This document shows, in pieces, positions 60,301 through 64,000 of a DNA stretch of 64,000 nt (position 1 is its first letter; each line of letters opens with the position of its first letter). A model generated the notes under the pieces. The model was not told the DNA's origin. It saw only the letters and a list, made by a program, of their open reading frames with translations, and did not search any database. Position numbers and translations under genes: made by a program. Origin of the DNA: Asterias rubens (Eukaryota); assembly GCF_902459465.1 (NCBI RefSeq), contig NC_047066.1, positions 20,584,001 through 20,648,000 of the forward strand, in the 5' to 3' direction.

Positions 60301-61335
60301 AACTAAAAAGGTCTTTTAACTGCTTCACGCTTAGTTGCGATAATCGTATTTAGACTATTGCTCTTGGTCACATCCCATTAGTTAAAGGTTAGACCTTAAG
60401 ACTGAGACAGTAAATTTGGGAGGATTGAGGCTTTGAAATATCGCAACTATTTAAGCTCTGCTATCTATGTACGACTGTGGAGCAACAGCTCAATGAGATG
60501 GTTAAGAAAATCACATCACATCACATCACATCACAAGGCATAAAACACTAAGATGTTGAAACTGGACCACTTTATACCCGCTGAACTGTGTGCATACCTT
60601 TGGCGGGGAATAAAAATCCAGCATGTGCCCCTCCAGGCGTTTCACCAATATCAATCGAGTTCGCTCCCATTTTTGTTTCCCTTGATTGTCCTCACCGACA
60701 AGATAGTTCACATTTCCTTCTCGGACAATATCTTCTGGCTGGTACTTGACCCCACGATGTTGGGCCACCGTGTGTCCCCTTCGAAACCGATTCATTACAT
60801 TTTCAGTCATGTTCCGGAAAGAGAATTTCCGCAGAACTTTATTCTCAGTTCTTTGTCCGCCTCCTACAGCGGGGAGGATATTTCTGCTGTTACCATCAAT
60901 GCTTGAGGTGCTGGAGTATCTACTGTTGGACTCACCATTGAACACATTCCCGTTCCGGACTTCAGGCCGTCCTCCGGAAGAGTCCGACAAAAGCCTGGTG
61001 TTGACGTTCGCGTTGGACTCCGAGTCCGCGGGACTAGCGGGGCTTTCCAGGGCGGCGTCATTTGCGTTGCGCTGGTCTTCCCTGAAATCAGACGGGCTGA
61101 CGGTGTTGTAGGCTCGCCGTACTTCTGTTTCAAAATGGTCCATGAAGTGATCGGCGAAACGCCGGGCAAATCTATTCTCATCCACGGGTGGTGCACCCTC
61201 GGCCGGGGGGTTGACACTTATGAACCGGTGGTAGGCGAAGGCGAAAGTAGACGCAGCTTTCTGAGCCTCCACCTCGCAGAATTCATTCATATCGATCACT
61301 CGATCGTTGTCATGTTGCTCCATCGTCCCGTTCAT
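38997..61335 (-). CDS. SH2B: SH2B family adaptor (single pro-ortholog-like of SH2B1/2/3), complete: complement(join(38997..39392,39621..39844,42773..42982,43534..43643,46632..46735,52206..52307,60598..61335))
   Basis: Seven GT-AG exons sum to 1884 nt (627 aa + stop). N-terminal MNG and Phe-zipper dimerisation domain ([15 protein letters not shown]...[17 protein letters not shown]); PH domain (KWERTRLIL...FYSPPK/SSKPR...[27 protein letters not shown]...SWL); SH2 ([10 protein letters not shown]...[14 protein letters not shown]...HLRM); C-terminal [10 protein letters not shown], matching the Cbl-binding RA(V/I)xNQY motif of APS/LNK. Confidence 0.97.
39621..39844 (-). CDS. SH2B: SH2B SH2 N-half exon
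   Basis: ttaacttatag|AT...AAG|gtaaga; [15 protein letters not shown]. Confidence 0.96.
42773..42982 (-). CDS. SH2B: SH2B Pro/Ser-rich linker exon (SNGPNSRSP...[10 protein letters not shown]...)
   Basis: gctttttatcag|AT...CAA G|gtgagt; phase 1-1; 210 nt. Confidence 0.9.
43534..43643 (-). CDS. SH2B: SH2B Pro/Ser-rich linker exon ([13 protein letters not shown]...)
   Basis: ttttttgatgtaatag|G...TCA G|gtaaga; phase 2 to 1; 110 nt. Confidence 0.88.
46632..46735 (-). CDS. SH2B: SH2B PH C-terminal exon ([34 protein letters not shown])
   Basis: ttttctaattccag|GCA...AG|gtgagc; 104 nt. Confidence 0.94.
49355..49719. mobile_element. TTAA-flanked Kolobok-like MITE, diverged, opposite orientation to 5766-6143
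   Basis: ttaa|AGGCACTGGACAC ... GTGTCCAGTGCCT|ttaa; internal segments resemble the reverse complement of the 5766 copy. Confidence 0.8.
49913..50099. mobile_element. Right half of the TTAA-flanked MITE
   Basis: Highly similar to about 5965-6143; starts at the loop of the internal hairpin and ends gtccactgcct|ttaa. Confidence 0.85.
50581..51035. mobile_element. hAT-like non-autonomous element with 8-bp target-site duplication
   Basis: gtctaacc|CATAGAGCTATTT-GACTAGAGCGCTAAC ... GTTAGCGCTCTAGTC-AAATAGCTCTATG|gtctaacc. Confidence 0.85.
52206..52307 (-). CDS. SH2B: SH2B PH exon ([34 protein letters not shown])
   Basis: tgtcacacag|TCG...AAG|gtaaag; 102 nt; missed by the ORF track. Confidence 0.95.
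53924..54118. mobile_element. MITE with 14-bp terminal inverted repeats
   Basis: gaccgtattgaata ... tattcaatacggtc (perfect). Confidence 0.7.
57738..58037. repeat. Degenerate ~40-60-bp minisatellite derived from a MITE subterminal segment
   Basis: About 5-6 units of ttgcctccatg..cct.g.ca.agctttggtgccct.t.aattgttca...aggca, similar to the reverse complement of the gggcaccaaggcaatgaccagggggcat segment of the CAGGCCTG family. Confidence 0.75.
60598..61335 (-). CDS. SH2B: SH2B coding exon 1 (dimerisation domain, PH N-half)
   Basis: ATG at 61335; donor AAG|gtatgc; 246 codons of ORF 60526..61335. Confidence 0.96.
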
Positions 61336-61499
61336 TTTGACTGTCTGCTACAATTTGATGACGAAATTAATGGTAATACATGATTCCTGATACAATCCAC
61401 ATCGTGTTCCTTCCAAGAAAATCAATGACCAAGGTTTGTAAAATATGAAATACACGGTGTCTTTCCAAGATAAGTGCTTGGAATTCCTAATAAGTCGTC

Positions 61500-61700
61500 A
61501 TCATTTCCGCATCTGTTCGTCGTGTGTGATCATCTGCAGCACAAAACACGCGGTAGATCGCGTGCAATGTGTGTGTGTGTGATGTGCGCCATCTGCAGAC
61601 TGCTTCTCTCAAAGCCAATGAAAATAAAATGCGCAGTACGTCATAATGAATCACTGCGCAAACTGAGGAGGTCAACAGTTCAAAGGCTAACAAGAAAGGT
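61500..61700. promoter_or_regulatory. CpG-enriched promoter-like segment between the divergent SH2B and PhnD-like genes
   Basis: Local CpG density, CCAAT (about 61615) and a TACGTCA CRE-like motif, lying between two divergent start codons. TSSs cannot be determined from sequence. Confidence 0.4.
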
Positions 61701-63272
61701 CAACAAAGAAAACAGGTGACTGATTGCTGAATTTAAACAACTTCACACAGTCGTTGCTGCGCAAATAAAAGTTGCTCCAAAATCCAGAACCCTAAAAAAG
61801 TTTATTACTTCAACTTAGATATAACAGCAGAAGAAATCAACGAAAATTGACAATATGTTTGATGCTTGAAGCTTCAAAGTGTGTTGATTTGTGCTGAAAA
61901 AGTTACTTTAAAATAAAATTAAAACTTGTGCAAAGTGGTAAATATAAAAAGAGACTTGGAAGTGTCTAGGTGATCTGGCTGAACGAATTACTTGACAGTT
62001 TCATCAATGAAAAGAAGAACAGGCATGACGGGTGTTTCTCCATGTTCTCTCTGTTTTCAGTGTTTACAAACAAGGTAAGACTTATAAAGATATTGCTATT
62101 TGGAGATGAACTTCTTTTTAGCAACACAATGGGTCAATGGGAGAAGACAGGATAAGAATACCTTCCCAGATTAACTCTGAAAAGTTGACACAACAAAACG
62201 TGAACAGCATGCAGGCTAGTATACATAGCATGAGCAGTGCACCTCCTCACTCAAGTGCAGTGAACTCGTAGTTTCACACTCACTGAGTTGCGATTCAAAT
62301 TCCAAGGCCGTCGGGAGAGGAGGGTTTTAATACGTTATCGCAAATACGCAAGCCCAACACGGCAACAGCATTAAGTCTAACCATACAACAACTCTGAACC
62401 ACACCCCATCCATCTACCTAGCCCCCCGCCCCCTTCCCCCACACTGGCTGCTCATCGCCATCGCCTATCGGTCTGTCCTGTCACTGTCTAGTGTCGGGTT
62501 AGTTCAGTTCAGTGGGAAAAGTTTCCATAATATCGATGGCGCCAGTCACCACTTTTTCATGCATTCGGTATCAATATCATATATGGAAAATTAATATAGG
62601 CCCTAGCTAGGCCTAATAATACCTAATTTACCTTTTTGTAAAAATGAGCGGTTGCATCCCATAATAAGTGGTGGCGCCATAATCACCATACAGAAATTTA
62701 TCCGCTTAGGAAGTTAGGGGGGTGGTTCGCGGGAGTCGATAGCAGACGATAGCAAAATAGTTCTAGCTAGGAGTACATGTAGTTGTCCCCTCCCTATACT
62801 TCACCTCTCTGTGGACGCCGGTTCAAAATTAGGACTGGAGGGCTTCTTGCATGTGGATTGGGTTTTTCAGTTCAACTTTGTTGGTGTTAAATTTTCCTTA
62901 AAAAAACCCTTAAATTTCCTCATTGTCTTCTTAAGTTTTTTACCTCACTGGGTAGAACTTCAATTTATGTGTGTGGGTAGTTTGTGTGTGTAGAGCATGC
63001 TTGCAATGCATGCGCTGGTACTCGGTTATATTTACATTGGCTCAATACACAGCGACATGAGGAGTACCAGTTGTGTAGGATGTAGGATTCCTAAACGACA
63101 CATATCTTGTATTTTTTCTGCAGATCTTGTAGCAATTGGCAAATATATTTCAATTTTTTTTCATAATGCTATACATTTGTAACTGCTAACTACATGTACA
63201 TTTTGTTTTCCTGCAGAACCAAATAAACAGACCTCCATGTCAGCATTTGGGTAGCAGTAATTCTTTCCAAAG

Positions 63273-64000
63273 ATGGCAGACCAAGCCATTCCACTGAGAC
63301 TACGACTCATCACGTATCTTACCCCTGGCGTACCCATCGAGTACTTTGAGTTATTGAAGGAATATCTTGAAGAAAAGTTACAATGTTATGTGTATCTTCT
63401 GTCTGAGAGTCGCTGGTCTGGACCGCCTGCTGACCGTGTAGATCCTTTTGCAACAGGAGATGCTGATATTGGTGAGGAAGAGTAGAACGACAGACGGGCA
63501 AAGAGTGTTGGCAATCGCCCAAAAGGGTGGAGGCAATTGCCTTGATGCCCTACGCTTTTCACTGCCTTGTCAGGCCAGGAATTTTATCATTGAGAGGGCA
63601 AGGCCATTGCCATTTTCTGTTTGAAAATCTTCCGTTGGCCTACGTTGGCCCTGGTTTTGGCCTTGGTGCCCCTTCAAAGATTTCCCACTGACTTTAAATG
63701 ATTTTCCAATGGAAGTGCCCTTTGCAAAATGAAAATGGCCTGCCCTTTCAAAGATGAAATTCCAGGCCTTAGAGTCTATTTGAAACTTGTGTTCTATATA
63801 AGCAGCGCCAAGGCAAAGACCAGGGGCAAACAGGCCATGCCTCTTTATAATTCCAGGCCTGCCTTGTTGCCCTAAATTAATCCGTACTGTATTCACGTTG
63901 CAGGATTTGTTTGCTTTCCAACATTCCACCGCATGTTTTTGGATCCAAACAGCACAGTTATTCTCCTAGGTATAGCTGCTGGAAATGCTGACCCTCGCAT
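63273..64000 (+). CDS. PhnD/phosphonate-binding-type solute-binding-protein-like gene, 3'-partial: join(63273..63471,63904..>64000)
   Basis: Acceptor ttttgttttcctgcag|63217; in-frame TAA at 63258 before the ATG; donor ATT G|gtgagg; acceptor cacgttgcag|GA. Protein MADQAIPLRLRLITYLTPGVPIEYFELLKEYLEEKLQCYVYLLSESRWSGPPADRVDPFATGDADIGFVCFPTFHRMFLDPNSTVILLGIAAGNADPR resembles the N-terminus of bacterial PhnD/SsuA-family proteins (T-F/Y-L-x-P, YLxxxL, ADxGFxC, ELL..P...R). Family assignment is from motif recall. Confidence 0.75.
63581..63769. mobile_element. Full-length CAGGCCTG-family MITE with ~38-bp inverted termini in the PhnD-like intron
   Basis: caggccaggaattttatcattgagagggcaaggccatt ... aatggcctgccctttcaaagatgaaattccaggcct. 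Confidence 0.75.

Noticed and set aside
60553-61383. Several 82-121-aa ORFs overlapping SH2B exon 1
   Set aside because: Antisense or alternate-frame shadows of a GC-rich coding exon.
63273-64000. Bacterial contamination as the explanation for the PhnD-like gene
   Set aside because: Canonical spliceosomal intron containing a host MITE, and continuity with host genes.

Overview
AT-rich, intron-rich animal genomic DNA. Gene content and repeat style suggest an invertebrate deuterostome, probably an echinoderm; this is an inference. Manual splice reconstruction (all introns GT-AG, frames close) gives four protein-coding genes. (1) A nicotinic acetylcholine receptor alpha subunit on + (2034-10317, 5'-incomplete, 6 exons) with an unusual Trp at pore position M2-13' and a duplicated M4/3'UTR remnant. 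(2) A complete 10-exon GLT1D1 on - (25125-15097, 340 aa), a soluble GT-B enzyme whose motif pattern resembles bacterial SenB-type glycosyltransferases. (3) A complete 7-exon SH2B adaptor on - (61335-38997, 627 aa). (4) The first two coding exons of an intron-containing, signal-peptide-less PhnD-like solute-binding protein on + (63273-end), head-to-head with SH2B. The rest is introns and intergenic DNA with RTE, L2 and CR1 LINE relics, tRNA-derived SINEs, several MITE families, tandem duplications and a Penelope-type hammerhead-like motif. Most ORF-track entries are spurious. The best lead is the pair of bacterial-type metabolic genes (GLT1D1 and the PhnD-like gene) within 40 kb; any functional link between them is a hypothesis.
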